Shown here piece after piece: positions 30,281 through 40,491 of a stretch of DNA of 64,000 nucleotides. Made by a program: the position numbers and the translations under genes. Origin of the DNA: Vampirovibrionaceae bacterium NZW_1234 (GTDB lineage: Bacteria; Cyanobacteriota; Vampirovibrionia; Vampirovibrionales; JAGQHJ01); contig JBGUGD010000007.1 in NCBI GenBank assembly GCA_041697335.1, positions 96,001 through 160,000 on the forward strand. Direction: 5' to 3'. The notes under the pieces are model-generated. The model was not told the origin of the DNA and ran no database searches. It worked only from the letters and a program-made list of their open reading frames with translations. The stretch's first letter is position 1; each line of letters opens with the position of its first letter.

Positions 30281-31129
30281 ATGAGCTATGCCGTTGCCAT
30301 CGTATCCCCGGAAGGGTATGTGCACAGCCTGGCCTTTCAGGAGGTGGCTGAGTCGATTCATTATGCGCTGTTGGCTTTGGGATACGACTCGGTGATGACA
30401 ACCAATTTCGATGACCCTACACGGCGCTATATCGTGTTTGGAAGCAACTTGGTGTCTATGGTGCCTGGATTGACCTTGCCTGCCAATGCCATTTTGTTCA
30501 ATCTGGAGCAGTTTAGCCCGGAGTCTACGTGGATTGAGCCTTCCCTGCTGGATCTGTTCCGGTCGTATGCCGTATGGGATTATAGCCCGGTTAATATCGG
30601 GTTGTTGGCCGAGCAGGGCATTACCCACGTGCGCCATGTTCCCATTGGGTATGTTCCCGAGTTGACCCGGATTCCTCAGGATGTTCCCCAGGACATCGAT
30701 GTCTTGTTCTATGGCTCCTATAACGATCGCCGCCGGGCCATTTTAGTGGCTCTTGAAGAGCGAGGGGTCAATGTTCAAACCTTGTTTGCCGTTTATGGCG
30801 CAGAGCGGGATGCTATGATTGCTCGATCCCGCATTGTGTTGAATCTTCACTTTTTCGAGTCCAAGATCTTCGAGATTGTGCGGGTCTCGTATTTGTTGGC
30901 TAATGGCCGCTTTGTGGTCTCCGAGCGTGGATCAGACGCCGCACATGAGGCCCTGTATGAATCGGCATTGGCGTTTTCTGAGTACGAAGACCTGGTGGAC
31001 ACGTGTATCCACTATCTGAATCATGAGGACCAACGCCAGGCGATTGCCCAGGCAGGATTTAATCTTATGCGAAATCACCTGCAGACCGAATTTCTGAAAC
31101 CGGTATTGGCAGCGTATCCGCCACACTAG
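30281..31129 (+). CDS. Glycosyltransferase (GT-B, CgeB-like C-terminal domain)
   Basis: DIDVLFYGS.NDRR, SRIVLNLH, FEIVRVSYLLAN..FVVSE. Confidence 0.75.
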   Translation: MSYAVAIVSPEGYVHSLAFQEVAESIHYALLALGYDSVMTTNFDDPTRRYIVFGSNLVSMVPGLTLPANAILFNLEQFSPESTWIEPSLLDLFRSYAVWDYSPVNIGLLAEQGITHVRHVPIGYVPELTRIPQDVPQDIDVLFYGSYNDRRRAILVALEERGVNVQTLFAVYGAERDAMIARSRIVLNLHFFESKIFEIVRVSYLLANGRFVVSERGSDAAHEALYESALAFSEYEDLVDTCIHYLNHEDQRQAIAQAGFNLMRNHLQTEFLKPVLAAYPPH

Positions 31130-31144
31130 ACGTTAAATAGGGCT

Positions 31145-31354
31145 CTAGCAGTTGGGTGCCGGTCCCCGGTTCGGGTTGGGGCATTTTTCCCGTTTCGGCT
31201 CCGAGGGAACCGTCACGGGAAGGGGTGGATTGCGCCGAGGCTGAATGGGAGCGGGCTGATTCGGCGGTTTCTTTGGGGTTTCCGGTTTGGTTTCAGGCGG
31301 GGCTTTTGGGGGCGCAGAGGTATTGCTGGTAAAGCGCGTGAAACTAAGACGCAT
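31145..31354 (-). CDS. Small Pro-rich protein (69 aa)
   Basis: RBS AAGGAG before ATG 31354; overlaps the end of the upstream gene; starts MRLSFTRFT. Confidence 0.65.
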   Translation of the reverse strand: MRLSFTRFTSNTSAPPKAPPETKPETPKKPPNQPAPIQPRRNPPLPVTVPSEPKREKCPNPNRGPAPNC

Positions 31355-33581
31355 GGGATTGGTCTCCTTGGGTTTTAGGGGGCTGAGGGGAAGTCTTTTT
31401 AGCATCAACAATGGTTAAAACAGAATCGGCGTAGGCTAGGCCACCGTTTAAAAAGCGGACCCACTGGGATTGGGGATATTTTTCATCGCTCCATGAGCCA
31501 TTCAAGCGATCGCTGATTTCGTCGAGGACAGCGTCGGTTAGCTCCAGTTGCGTGATCTCCTGATCGTCCACGTTGAGGAAGGGGAAGCCGCCATAGGGTG
31601 GGAAATTGCGGTTGCTGAACATCAGTGACGGGCGTCTGGAGGGGTGGGTATACTGCATTTCTTCCACAAATGCTGCCAACCCCGGGCTGGTTAAATCGCC
31701 ATCAAAGTTGCCGTCCCCATCGCGTGAGGCCAGGTTGAGCTTCCAATCGCCTTCGGCATTCAGCAGGTCTTGGAGTTGTCCGAGCAGTCCGCTCAGCTTG
31801 GCATTGAAGGCCAGCATCGACGGAGGGTATAGCCCGGACACGTCTGAGCTGGGGCCGAACACATATTTGTCTATTGCTGGAGATGATTTTGCCGAGTCGG
31901 ATGACCCCAAGACGGGCTTTTTGAGAATGTCCAGGAGGTCGCTCTCTATGTCGGGGACTTTAAAAAATTCGTCAAAAATCAGCCCCGATTTGGTGTCATA
32001 TGCGGGGAGTGTTGGTTTGGAAGTATCGGTTTTGGCTTTCTCTGTCACTGACTTAGTGGGCTCTGTTTCCGGAGGGACGGAATCGGAGGCTGTCGAGGTT
32101 TTTTCGGTCTTTGCTTTTTTTGTGATAATTCCGAGAAGGTGCTTTAAGGTGTTGTTCTTGGTCGAGGGAGTCGATGACGAGGGTTTTTTGTCGCCTGTGG
32201 GCTCGATAGGATTGAGTTTTTCATAGATTGTTTTATAGGCGTCCGCCCCGATGGCATAGGGGTTGTCCTTTCCGGCGGTCAATTTTGCTAGTAATTCGCC
32301 ATAGTCTTTAGAGGGCTTACCGCTATCCGAGAACGTCATCAAATCCGGGCTCAATGATTTTTTACTGTCCATTTCGTCAATGAACAAGAGTGCTGAGGGA
32401 TACTCCTTTTCATCGGTCGCAGCCTGGGGTGAGGTGTAGAGCGTGGGATCGAGAATGTGCTTCAGCGTCTCATCGGTTTTGGGATCGTAGGTCTTCAGGT
32501 CGGTTGGGGTCAGGTAGCGGGGTGTGTAATAGGCCGGATGATCCAGCAAATCTCGCCCAAAGACTTTGGAGGAATTGCGAATGATGAGGGTTCCATGAGA
32601 CGGGTGGGAGACCAGCTTCAGGCCATGAAGCAGCAGGACTACGGTTTCCTCATCCAGAGGGAGAGAGGGGGTTAGTTTTTTGGAAAAGAGAAAGCCGTTG
32701 CCAAAGGTCTGGGTGATGGGATGACCGTGGAAATAGACACCACCAAACTTCGCCAATAGGGCGTTTTCCTTGCCCATGGCGTCATATTTCAAATGGCGAA
32801 AACCCAGACTTAAAGCACCAATGTGCCCCCAGTTGTCCAGGACCTCGGGTGGCGTCTGGAAAAGGCCATGCCGGATAAATCGGGTGATGCTGGTAAGGGA
32901 TTTGACCAATTGGTCTTTGTGCGCTTTTTGGGAAACGTCGTGAAACATGGGATGACGCATCAGGAGCATCATCTCAACTTCATTGGGGTGCTGCCCGATA
33001 ATCTTCCGGGAGGCAGCCAGATGATCGCTGGCCTGTTCGATGTGCTGAATCAACGGGGTTACGCCTTCCAGCGTGGGGGCTGCCAACAGGTGATGTACGT
33101 TATCCTGAAGGGTGGCTGTATGCTTCTGGAGGAACTTGGCAAATGCCCCCGCATCCACAGTCCAAGGTTTGCTTAGGGCCAAGGCTTTGGTTAGAGGTGA
33201 TAGTTTACCGTATGATCCGCTTTTTCCTGAGGTTGGAACCCCGATTAAAATCTTCATTTTGGTGGATAATTTGTCGTAAGGGGTCTCAGAGGGGCTTTTG
33301 GGAGCCGACCCCGGGGCTGATGCGGAAGCCGTGGAAGCGTCCTTGTTCGGTTCGGATTTCGGTGTTTCGTCCTTGGGGGGACTATAGAATAGCTTGATAT
33401 CAACTTTGCTAAGGTCCGGCGGTGAAGGTTCCCCTGATTTTTCACCTGTCTCCGGTAACTCTGAGGCGGGAGGAGGGGGATTATCCCCGGGCTTCTTTGG
33501 TTCGTCGGCTCCAAAACGCAGCGGCCGGGTAACGAGCATCCCGGTCGATGGAGAATAAGGACGAAATGGCGTGATTCTCAT
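31344..33581 (-). CDS. Large hypothetical protein with RFG leader and P/K/S/T-rich linkers
   Basis: 745-aa ORF from ATG 33581, MRITPFRP...PLRFG; no recognisable domain. Confidence 0.8.
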   Translation of the reverse strand: MRITPFRPYSPSTGMLVTRPLRFGADEPKKPGDNPPPPASELPETGEKSGEPSPPDLSKVDIKLFYSPPKDETPKSEPNKDASTASASAPGSAPKSPSETPYDKLSTKMKILIGVPTSGKSGSYGKLSPLTKALALSKPWTVDAGAFAKFLQKHTATLQDNVHHLLAAPTLEGVTPLIQHIEQASDHLAASRKIIGQHPNEVEMMLLMRHPMFHDVSQKAHKDQLVKSLTSITRFIRHGLFQTPPEVLDNWGHIGALSLGFRHLKYDAMGKENALLAKFGGVYFHGHPITQTFGNGFLFSKKLTPSLPLDEETVVLLLHGLKLVSHPSHGTLIIRNSSKVFGRDLLDHPAYYTPRYLTPTDLKTYDPKTDETLKHILDPTLYTSPQAATDEKEYPSALLFIDEMDSKKSLSPDLMTFSDSGKPSKDYGELLAKLTAGKDNPYAIGADAYKTIYEKLNPIEPTGDKKPSSSTPSTKNNTLKHLLGIITKKAKTEKTSTASDSVPPETEPTKSVTEKAKTDTSKPTLPAYDTKSGLIFDEFFKVPDIESDLLDILKKPVLGSSDSAKSSPAIDKYVFGPSSDVSGLYPPSMLAFNAKLSGLLGQLQDLLNAEGDWKLNLASRDGDGNFDGDLTSPGLAAFVEEMQYTHPSRRPSLMFSNRNFPPYGGFPFLNVDDQEITQLELTDAVLDEISDRLNGSWSDEKYPQSQWVRFLNGGLAYADSVLTIVDAKKTSPQPPKTQGDQSHAS

Positions 33582-33673
33582 CAGGCATTCCATACTATCT
33601 GAAACAAGCGTTCTAATAAACGCCGTTCAAGAGGTGAAATTGCCTGGGCAGATTGATTGTTTTCTTAAACGTG

Positions 33674-34384
33674 CTAGAACGACACGCGAATGCCTCGGGC
33701 TCGAAGGGCCGTTAAGACGTCTTGATCGGACCTGCTGTTGGCCACGATTTGCATAAATGTGTTGGAGTCAATGCCCAGTTGCTTGTGCAGGGCCTGATCC
33801 TGAGGGCAGGGGTAGAGCAAATACAGATCGTCCAGTTTGCCTTGGGCTTTCAGGCGGGCTTTGTCCATAGAGCGGCCCAGCCAGCGATAGCCTCCCACAA
33901 TCAGTTCCCCGTCACGAGGCTCGGTGATGCCGGTGCGATCCGAGGTCAAGGTCATCTCGCCGGATGTGCCCCCCGTCGTTGCCGAAGTGTCCGTTACAGC
34001 GGGGGCATTGGGTACGCGATCCGACACGGGCTCGGTCATCGGAGCCAGGCTGGAGAAGCTGCTGCTCTGGGCAGAGGATGTTTCGGCGGAGGCTGGTGTT
34101 TGTGTCGGCTCTGATGGCCTGTTTGTGGTTGCTCCTACACGAAAACCGGCGCCGTTACCGCCGGTGCTCTGGATGTCACGAAAACCCTCGTTACGGGATT
34201 CGAGAAATGTTTTTAATAAAAACGTCAATAACATCATTTGCTGGGAGCTTCCGGTGCTTCGTGTCAGTCCCATGGTGCGGTTGTTGCCGGGATTCAAGCT
34301 TCGCCCAAATGATGGCAACGCGGGTTGAGACCGCAGCAACGAGGTTGACAAGAGCGGCGAAAAAAGCGAACTCACGATAGACAC
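33674..34384 (-). CDS. S/T-rich N-terminal extension plus C-terminal DUF5069-like domain
   Basis: C-terminus PRDGE..VGGYRWLGRSMDKAR...YPCPQD..L...GID resembles 26676..27140; RBS AGGAG. Confidence 0.78.
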   Translation of the reverse strand: MSIVSSLFSPLLSTSLLRSQPALPSFGRSLNPGNNRTMGLTRSTGSSQQMMLLTFLLKTFLESRNEGFRDIQSTGGNGAGFRVGATTNRPSEPTQTPASAETSSAQSSSFSSLAPMTEPVSDRVPNAPAVTDTSATTGGTSGEMTLTSDRTGITEPRDGELIVGGYRWLGRSMDKARLKAQGKLDDLYLLYPCPQDQALHKQLGIDSNTFMQIVANSRSDQDVLTALRARGIRVSF

Positions 34385-34848
34385 AACAAGAACTCCTAAC
34401 TCATCAATAACCTAACGTTTAGCAGGAAAAAAAGCAGGGGAAAAAGGGGTGAGAACACAAGCCTAGAGAAAGAGAAGAAGAATAGTAAAAGAGAAGAAAA
34501 GAGAAAATACAACATAGCAAAGCGAGAAGAAGCGAACCTCACCGATAACCTGAGATGAAAAGAGAAAACTATTTAAGGCTGCAGGACACATTCACCTCAG
34601 CAAATCCTCACGGGCTCCCTTTTGGCATAGGGAAGGAAGACTTGCTCAAGTCAGAGCTGTCAGTCTGTTTACTATTTAACCGAGTACACAATTACGAACC
34701 TTACTAATATAAAAACAATCTTAAGAAAGTTGGTGTCAAAATGTTGCGAATTATAAAATAAATATTAAAAATTGGCTAAAATCCCCGCCACGACTGATCA
34801 ACGTTTCAGGGGCCTTAAAACCCATCTGGGGATTGCCGGGTAAAACGT

Positions 34849-36108
34849 TTATGAAAGTAAGGGTTCAAGCAGTGTACATGCATTTATCACGCCATTCTCC
34901 GCCTGAATCCGTTGGCCGATAGCCTCGGCTTGGGTGGCGAATTCGGGAGTGTTCAGCATCGGCGTTAAGGCTTTAATGGCCGCAGGTGCGTTGTAGTTTT
35001 TCCGCAGGATCGTTTGGGAAATCCCAAGGCGTTTCAGGCGGGCGGCATTGTCAAATTGATCGAATCCGAATGGGACGATAACCATTGGTTTTCCGGCTCG
35101 CATGGCTTGAGCTGTCGTGCCTGCACCGCCTTGATGGACGATGGCAAGGGCATGGGGGAACAGCAGTGAATAGGAGACATAATCCCAATGAAGCACGGTC
35201 TCAGGCAGCGGGCTGGTAAGGACATTGTCACCAGCCACAAAAATGGCCCGACAGCCAAGGGCTTTAACTGCTTTCAGGCTTTCCTCGAAGAATGGACCGG
35301 CTGTTCGGACAGCACTACTGCCCAGGGTAAAGACCACCGGAGGTGACCCTTGGGCCAGAAAGTCCTGAATGCCTTGAGGCAATGTTTTTTCGCCTGGGGT
35401 CATTTCGTCGAAAAATAAAAAGCCCGTGGCCGCAGTATGGGGTGGCCAGTCTTTTTGAGGAGCCCCCAGGATTGGAGAGAACAGCCCCAGGTTGAGATAG
35501 GGGGAAAAAGAGCCTTCGAAAATCGGGTTGCCGTAGGGGGCGACACCGGCTTCTTGTTGTAATTTGTAGAAAGCCTTACCCCAGCTGTGGGTGGTGCTTT
35601 TCATAAAGCGCATCAGGGGGCGCCAAAACCATGGGCCGAAGTGTCGCCAGGATTCACTGATGGGGGCCTGGGCCAGGACCGGGGGATCGAAGGCGGAAAA
35701 GTACAGAAACGGCTGTAAACCTACCGACGCCCATGGCAGGTTCAATTCTCGTGCCAAGAGTGGCCCGGGCAGAATCAAGGGGGAGTTGATCAGAACATCC
35801 GCACCGCTTAAGAGGCGCTTTAGATCTGCGTAGGTCTCATGGATATAAGGAAAAATGTACTTTCGAAACATCGTTTCCGGTCCTCGAACCGGATCAAAAA
35901 GTTCCTGGTAGACTCGATCGTCGTCCATGCTTATTTCGGGTCGAAGGGCATAAAATCCGAGGCCAACAGCTTCAATCTTTTCCCGATAGTGAACGGTAGT
36001 GGCCATGGTGACCCGGTGCCCACGGGCTTGAAGTTCCATCCCCAGGGCAATCAGTGGGTGTAAATCCCCTAGGGAGCCAAACACGGTGATTACAATGTGT
36101 TTTTGCAT
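34849..36108 (-). CDS. GT1-family UDP-glycosyltransferase (RhlB/sterol glucosyltransferase-like)
   Basis: GSLGDLHP..ALG..L..RGH, TLGS, VHQGGAGTT, FDQFDNA. Confidence 0.92.
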   Translation of the reverse strand: MQKHIVITVFGSLGDLHPLIALGMELQARGHRVTMATTVHYREKIEAVGLGFYALRPEISMDDDRVYQELFDPVRGPETMFRKYIFPYIHETYADLKRLLSGADVLINSPLILPGPLLARELNLPWASVGLQPFLYFSAFDPPVLAQAPISESWRHFGPWFWRPLMRFMKSTTHSWGKAFYKLQQEAGVAPYGNPIFEGSFSPYLNLGLFSPILGAPQKDWPPHTAATGFLFFDEMTPGEKTLPQGIQDFLAQGSPPVVFTLGSSAVRTAGPFFEESLKAVKALGCRAIFVAGDNVLTSPLPETVLHWDYVSYSLLFPHALAIVHQGGAGTTAQAMRAGKPMVIVPFGFDQFDNAARLKRLGISQTILRKNYNAPAAIKALTPMLNTPEFATQAEAIGQRIQAENGVINACTLLEPLLS

Positions 36109-36282
36109 CGGGTTGCACGCTCCGTTTTGTTGCCGTTTCTATCATACGCCAAAGCCATGGTGACGATTCAAGTGGCTTCCTAGGGTCATCCTATCCAGAG
36201 CGGATCTCTGTCGATGAAAGGATTTTTTGAAATGACCCTCCCCTACATAGCGGAGCTTTGATCTGGGGGGGCGGCTTTTGAA

Positions 36283-36309
36283 TAAAGAATAGAAAGCCTC
36301 CGCCGATAA
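36283..36309 (+). promoter_or_regulatory. Sigma-28 (FliA/SigD) consensus promoter
   Basis: TAAA (36283-36286), exactly 15 nt, GCCGATAA (36302-36309), about 90 nt upstream of the fad operon. Confidence 0.7.
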
Positions 36310-36399
36310 GTCGAATAGTGGATTCTCTCAGTTGGTTTCCGGTTTATTTTGACTCGCTCCGACGTGCCGGAAAATGGCCCAGACGATGCCGCAAGGTAA

Positions 36400-39300
36400 A
36401 TGAATGCCCAGGAGGTTTTACTCGTGTCAGCCTTGGTTCATGCTTTCTACAAGGTGTTGGTGTCCACGGTACTCGCACCCTTACGAGACAGTGCGTTTGA
36501 AAATACCCGCAAAGCCAAAATTTCGACCACCGAACAGGAAGCCCTGGCTTCGGGTTCGGTTGGGTTTGAAGGCGAGATTTTACGCGGTCATCCACGCTGG
36601 GACCAGTTGACGGGGCTGCCGAAACCGGCCTTGAGCGAAGAAGAACAGGCCTTTCTTGACGGGCCCGTAAACGAGCTGTGTGCCATGCTCGATGATTGGC
36701 AAATTCGGAGCCAGTTGCATGACCTGCCTCCGGATGTCTGGGCGTATATGAAAAAAGCCGGTTTCTTTGGCATGATTATTCCCAAAGAATTTGGTGGCCT
36801 TGGGTTTTCTGCCATGGCGCATTCGGAAGTGATTTTAAAATTGGCGTCTCGCAGTACCACGGCATGTGTGACGGCCATGGTGCCCAATTCGCTGGGACCG
36901 GCTGAATTGCTGATGCGCTATGGTACCGATGAGCAAAAACAGTACTATCTGCCACGCCTGGCCCGCGGTGAAGAAGTCCCCTCGTTTGCGCTGACGGAGC
37001 CTAACGCCGGGTCCGATGCCTCTGGCATGACCTCTCGCGGGGTGGTTTGTGAAAAAGACGGCGTGCTTGGCATTAAATTGACCTGGGAAAAACGCTACAT
37101 TACGCTGGCCCCGGTGACCACGCTCTTGGGCGTGGCCTTTAAACTGGTCGATCCGGACGGGTTGTTGGGCGATAAAAAAGATCTGGGCATTACCCTTGCA
37201 TTAATTCCAGCAAAAACACCCGGGGTGCAGATTGGCCGTCGCCACAATCCCTTGGGCACGCCGTTTCAGAACGGGCCGACCCGGGGCGAAGAGGTGTGGA
37301 TTCCATTGGATGCCGTGATTGGCGGGAAGGACTATGTGGGGCAAGGCTGGCGGATGTTGATGGAATGTCTCTCGGTTGGCCGCTGTGTTTCGCTTCCGGC
37401 TTTGTCTACGGGGTCTTCCAAATTGATGTGCCGTTTAACGGGCGCTTATAGTCGTATTCGTAAGCAATTTAAACTGGCCATTGGCAATTTCGAAGGCATC
37501 GAAGAATTACTGGCCCGAATTGCCGGGACCACGTATATGATGGAAGCCACTCGGGTGGCAACCCTTCAGATGCTGGATCGGGGTGAACATCCCACAATTC
37601 TGTCCGCCATTTTAAAATACCATCTCACCGAGTTGGCTCGCCAAAGTGTGAACGACAGCATGGATATTTTAGGGGGCAAAGCGATTTGTGAAGGCCCAAC
37701 CAACCTGATTAGCTCCATGTATCACGCTATTCCCATTGGGATTACCGTGGAAGGCGCCAACATTCTGACCCGCAATATGATTATCTTCGGTCAAGGCTCG
37801 GTGCGCTCGCATCCGTTTATTCTGAAAGAAATGCTGGCGGCCCGTCTGCCGGACAAAGCCGAAGCAAAGCGAAAATTCAGCGATTTAATGGCCTACCACG
37901 TTCAGCACACGAACGAAAATGTGTTCCGGACATTGTGGTACGGTTTAACGTTCGGGGCCTTCAGTCCGGTTCCCCAATGTGCATCTTCGCAAAAAGGTTA
38001 TTACAGGCATATTAATCGTTTATGTGCTGCCTATGCCACGGTGGTTGATGTGACGTTAATGCTGTTGGGTGACAGCGTAAAGCGCAAGGAACGTATTTCG
38101 GCGCTTCTGGGGGATACCATGAGTTACCTTTATCTGGCATCAGCCACGTTGCGCCATTATTCTTCCCAGGGGCATCTTAAGGACGATGAGCCTTTAATGC
38201 ATTGGGCCTGCCGGTTTGCCCTGTTTAAAGCTGAAGAAAGTTTGGATCTGCTGCTTCAGAATTTCCCAGTCGGGTGGATTGGCTCCGGTTTGCGGATGCT
38301 GGTCTTCCCACACGGTCGTGTACTCAAACGGCCTTCACATCGTCTGGATCGGAAAGTGGCCAAAACCCTCGTGTCTCCTGGAGAGGTGCGTAATCGTCTG
38401 ACGCAAGGGATTTATCTTCCCGCAGAGAAAGCCGAACCTTTGGCTTTGCTGGAGGAGACCTTTGGAGCCGTGGTGGAAGCCGAGGCCTTGGAAAAGCGCA
38501 TTCGCCAGGCCCACAAGGACGGCATCCTGAAGTCGGAGACCCCGGAAAGTCTTGTGACCGAAGCTTTGGACAAATCGGTTGTCAGCTTTGAAGAAGTCTC
38601 TCGCATGAAGCGGGCCGAATCCCTGCGGCGCCAGATTATTGATGTGGATGATTTTGATGCCTCTTTCGGCATGGCAAGTGAAAAATGGGCGGTGACTTCT
38701 GAAAAGGTTCTGCGAGACACCTATCCCATTGGAACTTCGTGGGCGATTGATATCCCCGCCACCACGCTGGTGGCCATGATGAATGAGGTGTTTGAGCAAT
38801 ACAAAGCCAACTCCTGTATGGACTTTCTGGGTAAACGTTACACCTACAGGGAAATTAAACAGCTTGTCGATAAAGCCGCTGCCGGGCTTCAGGCGATGGG
38901 TGTGGTGAAAGGGGATAAAGTCGCATTGCTGATGCCCAATACCCCTTACTATCCTATTATGTTGTTTGCGGCACTTCAGGTGGGTGCCGTGGCGGTGAAT
39001 GTCTGTCCGATGCAGACACCGGCTGAGTTGCGGGAACAGTTTCTTGATTGTGAGCCTCGGCTTCTGGTGACCCTGGACTTGAAAGACATGTTCCAGAAAG
39101 CATCGCTCCTGCATGCCGAAGGACTGGTGCAGCAGACGATTCTGTGTCGTATGGAAGAAGTGTTGCCCTTTTTTAAGGCCCATGCCTATCGGTTTATTAA
39201 AAACTCTCAGATTGCCAAGCCTGAAGAGATGGGCTTAACGACTTCTCAACAGGAAAAAGGTCTTGCGGCCACCATTGTCTATTTTAAGGATTTGACGGAT

Positions 39301-40491
39301 GTGGCCAGTACCTATCACCCCGTGCCTTTATCGCCCGAGGATGTGGCCATTCTGCAATACACTGGAGGCACTACGGGGACCTCGAAAGGGGCCATGCTGA
39401 CCCATCAGAATCTGGTGGCCAATGTCTGCCAGATGGAGGAATATTTGAGAGTGTCTGCCGACAAGCCTCAGGCCGATTCGCTCCTTCGCCTGGGTAAAGA
39501 ACGTGTATTGGCCACAATTCCCTTCTTCCACGTGTTTGGCTTAACGGCGGCCATGATTATTGGCCTCAAATTGGGCAGTGAGCTGATTATTCTGCCAGAT
39601 CCCAGAAATATCAAAGAGCTGCTAAAAACCATTCATGAAAAACGTCCTACGTTGTTTCCGGCTGTGCCTCGGTTATTGCAGGCGATTGTGGAACATCCCC
39701 AAGCCCGGGCCTTTGATCTGTCCAAGCTGGAAATGGTGATCTCCGGTGGGGCCGCATTGCCGGTTGCCTTAAAGGCTGATTTTGAAGCCCTGGTCCAGAA
39801 GCCGGGTCTTGTCAAACAGGGCTACGGTTTAACGGAAACCTCACCGGTGGCATCCTGTATTCCTGCGTATGGTCTGAATAAGCCTGGTTCCGTGGGTCTG
39901 CCTATGCCGATGACTGCAATTCGCATTGTCGATCCTGAAAATCCAAGCCATGTGATGGCGCTGGGTGAAATTGGCGAAGTTTGTATCCAAGGTCCTCAGG
40001 TGATGAAAGGCTATTACAATCACCCGGAAGAAACCCAGGCCATTATGCATCTTGGGTGGCTTCGCACCGGGGACTTGGGGTATCTGGATGAGGATTATTA
40101 TCTCTACCTCGTGGACCGTAAAAAACGGCTGATTCTGGTAAACGGTCTGAATGTGTATCCGACTCAAATTGAACAAGTCATTATGAAACATCCTGCCGTG
40201 GTGGAATGCATTGTCATCAGCGTACCGGATTCACGTTCCGGTGAGGCGGCCAAGGCTTTCATCCGATTGAAGCGCGATGCGCAACATCAGATGACGGAAG
40301 TCCAGATGAAAGAGTTTTTGAGTCAAAACCTCGGGCGGTTTGAAATTCCTAAATTTATCGAATTTGTGGATGAGGAACTGCCCAAGACCACTGTGGGTAA
40401 ACCGGACTGGCGTGGTCTGCAAGAGCAGGAGCGCCAAAAAGGATCCATCGCTTTCGGCGATTCCGATCTGGATATGGAGCAAGCATTATGA
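36400..40491 (+). CDS. Fusion of FadE-type acyl-CoA dehydrogenase and long-chain fatty acid-CoA ligase
   Basis: N-half: FALTEPNAGSDA, ITVEGANILTR, ends IIDVDDF. C-half: QYTGGTTGTSKG, QGYGLTETSP, TGDLG, PKTTVGK. Confidence 0.93.
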   Translation: MNAQEVLLVSALVHAFYKVLVSTVLAPLRDSAFENTRKAKISTTEQEALASGSVGFEGEILRGHPRWDQLTGLPKPALSEEEQAFLDGPVNELCAMLDDWQIRSQLHDLPPDVWAYMKKAGFFGMIIPKEFGGLGFSAMAHSEVILKLASRSTTACVTAMVPNSLGPAELLMRYGTDEQKQYYLPRLARGEEVPSFALTEPNAGSDASGMTSRGVVCEKDGVLGIKLTWEKRYITLAPVTTLLGVAFKLVDPDGLLGDKKDLGITLALIPAKTPGVQIGRRHNPLGTPFQNGPTRGEEVWIPLDAVIGGKDYVGQGWRMLMECLSVGRCVSLPALSTGSSKLMCRLTGAYSRIRKQFKLAIGNFEGIEELLARIAGTTYMMEATRVATLQMLDRGEHPTILSAILKYHLTELARQSVNDSMDILGGKAICEGPTNLISSMYHAIPIGITVEGANILTRNMIIFGQGSVRSHPFILKEMLAARLPDKAEAKRKFSDLMAYHVQHTNENVFRTLWYGLTFGAFSPVPQCASSQKGYYRHINRLCAAYATVVDVTLMLLGDSVKRKERISALLGDTMSYLYLASATLRHYSSQGHLKDDEPLMHWACRFALFKAEESLDLLLQNFPVGWIGSGLRMLVFPHGRVLKRPSHRLDRKVAKTLVSPGEVRNRLTQGIYLPAEKAEPLALLEETFGAVVEAEALEKRIRQAHKDGILKSETPESLVTEALDKSVVSFEEVSRMKRAESLRRQIIDVDDFDASFGMASEKWAVTSEKVLRDTYPIGTSWAIDIPATTLVAMMNEVFEQYKANSCMDFLGKRYTYREIKQLVDKAAAGLQAMGVVKGDKVALLMPNTPYYPIMLFAALQVGAVAVNVCPMQTPAELREQFLDCEPRLLVTLDLKDMFQKASLLHAEGLVQQTILCRMEEVLPFFKAHAYRFIKNSQIAKPEEMGLTTSQQEKGLAATIVYFKDLTDVASTYHPVPLSPEDVAILQYTGGTTGTSKGAMLTHQNLVANVCQMEEYLRVSADKPQADSLLRLGKERVLATIPFFHVFGLTAAMIIGLKLGSELIILPDPRNIKELLKTIHEKRPTLFPAVPRLLQAIVEHPQARAFDLSKLEMVISGGAALPVALKADFEALVQKPGLVKQGYGLTETSPVASCIPAYGLNKPGSVGLPMPMTAIRIVDPENPSHVMALGEIGEVCIQGPQVMKGYYNHPEETQAIMHLGWLRTGDLGYLDEDYYLYLVDRKKRLILVNGLNVYPTQIEQVIMKHPAVVECIVISVPDSRSGEAAKAFIRLKRDAQHQMTEVQMKEFLSQNLGRFEIPKFIEFVDEELPKTTVGKPDWRGLQEQERQKGSIAFGDSDLDMEQAL

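Noticed and set aside
34560..34700. Possible riboswitch upstream of the DUF5069-domain gene
   Set aside because: No match by eye to c-di-GMP, c-di-AMP, TPP, cobalamin, glycine or SAM consensus elements
31606..39183. Long antisense ORFs such as 31606..32226 and 38335..39183
   Set aside because: Fully antisense to well-supported genes and without motifs
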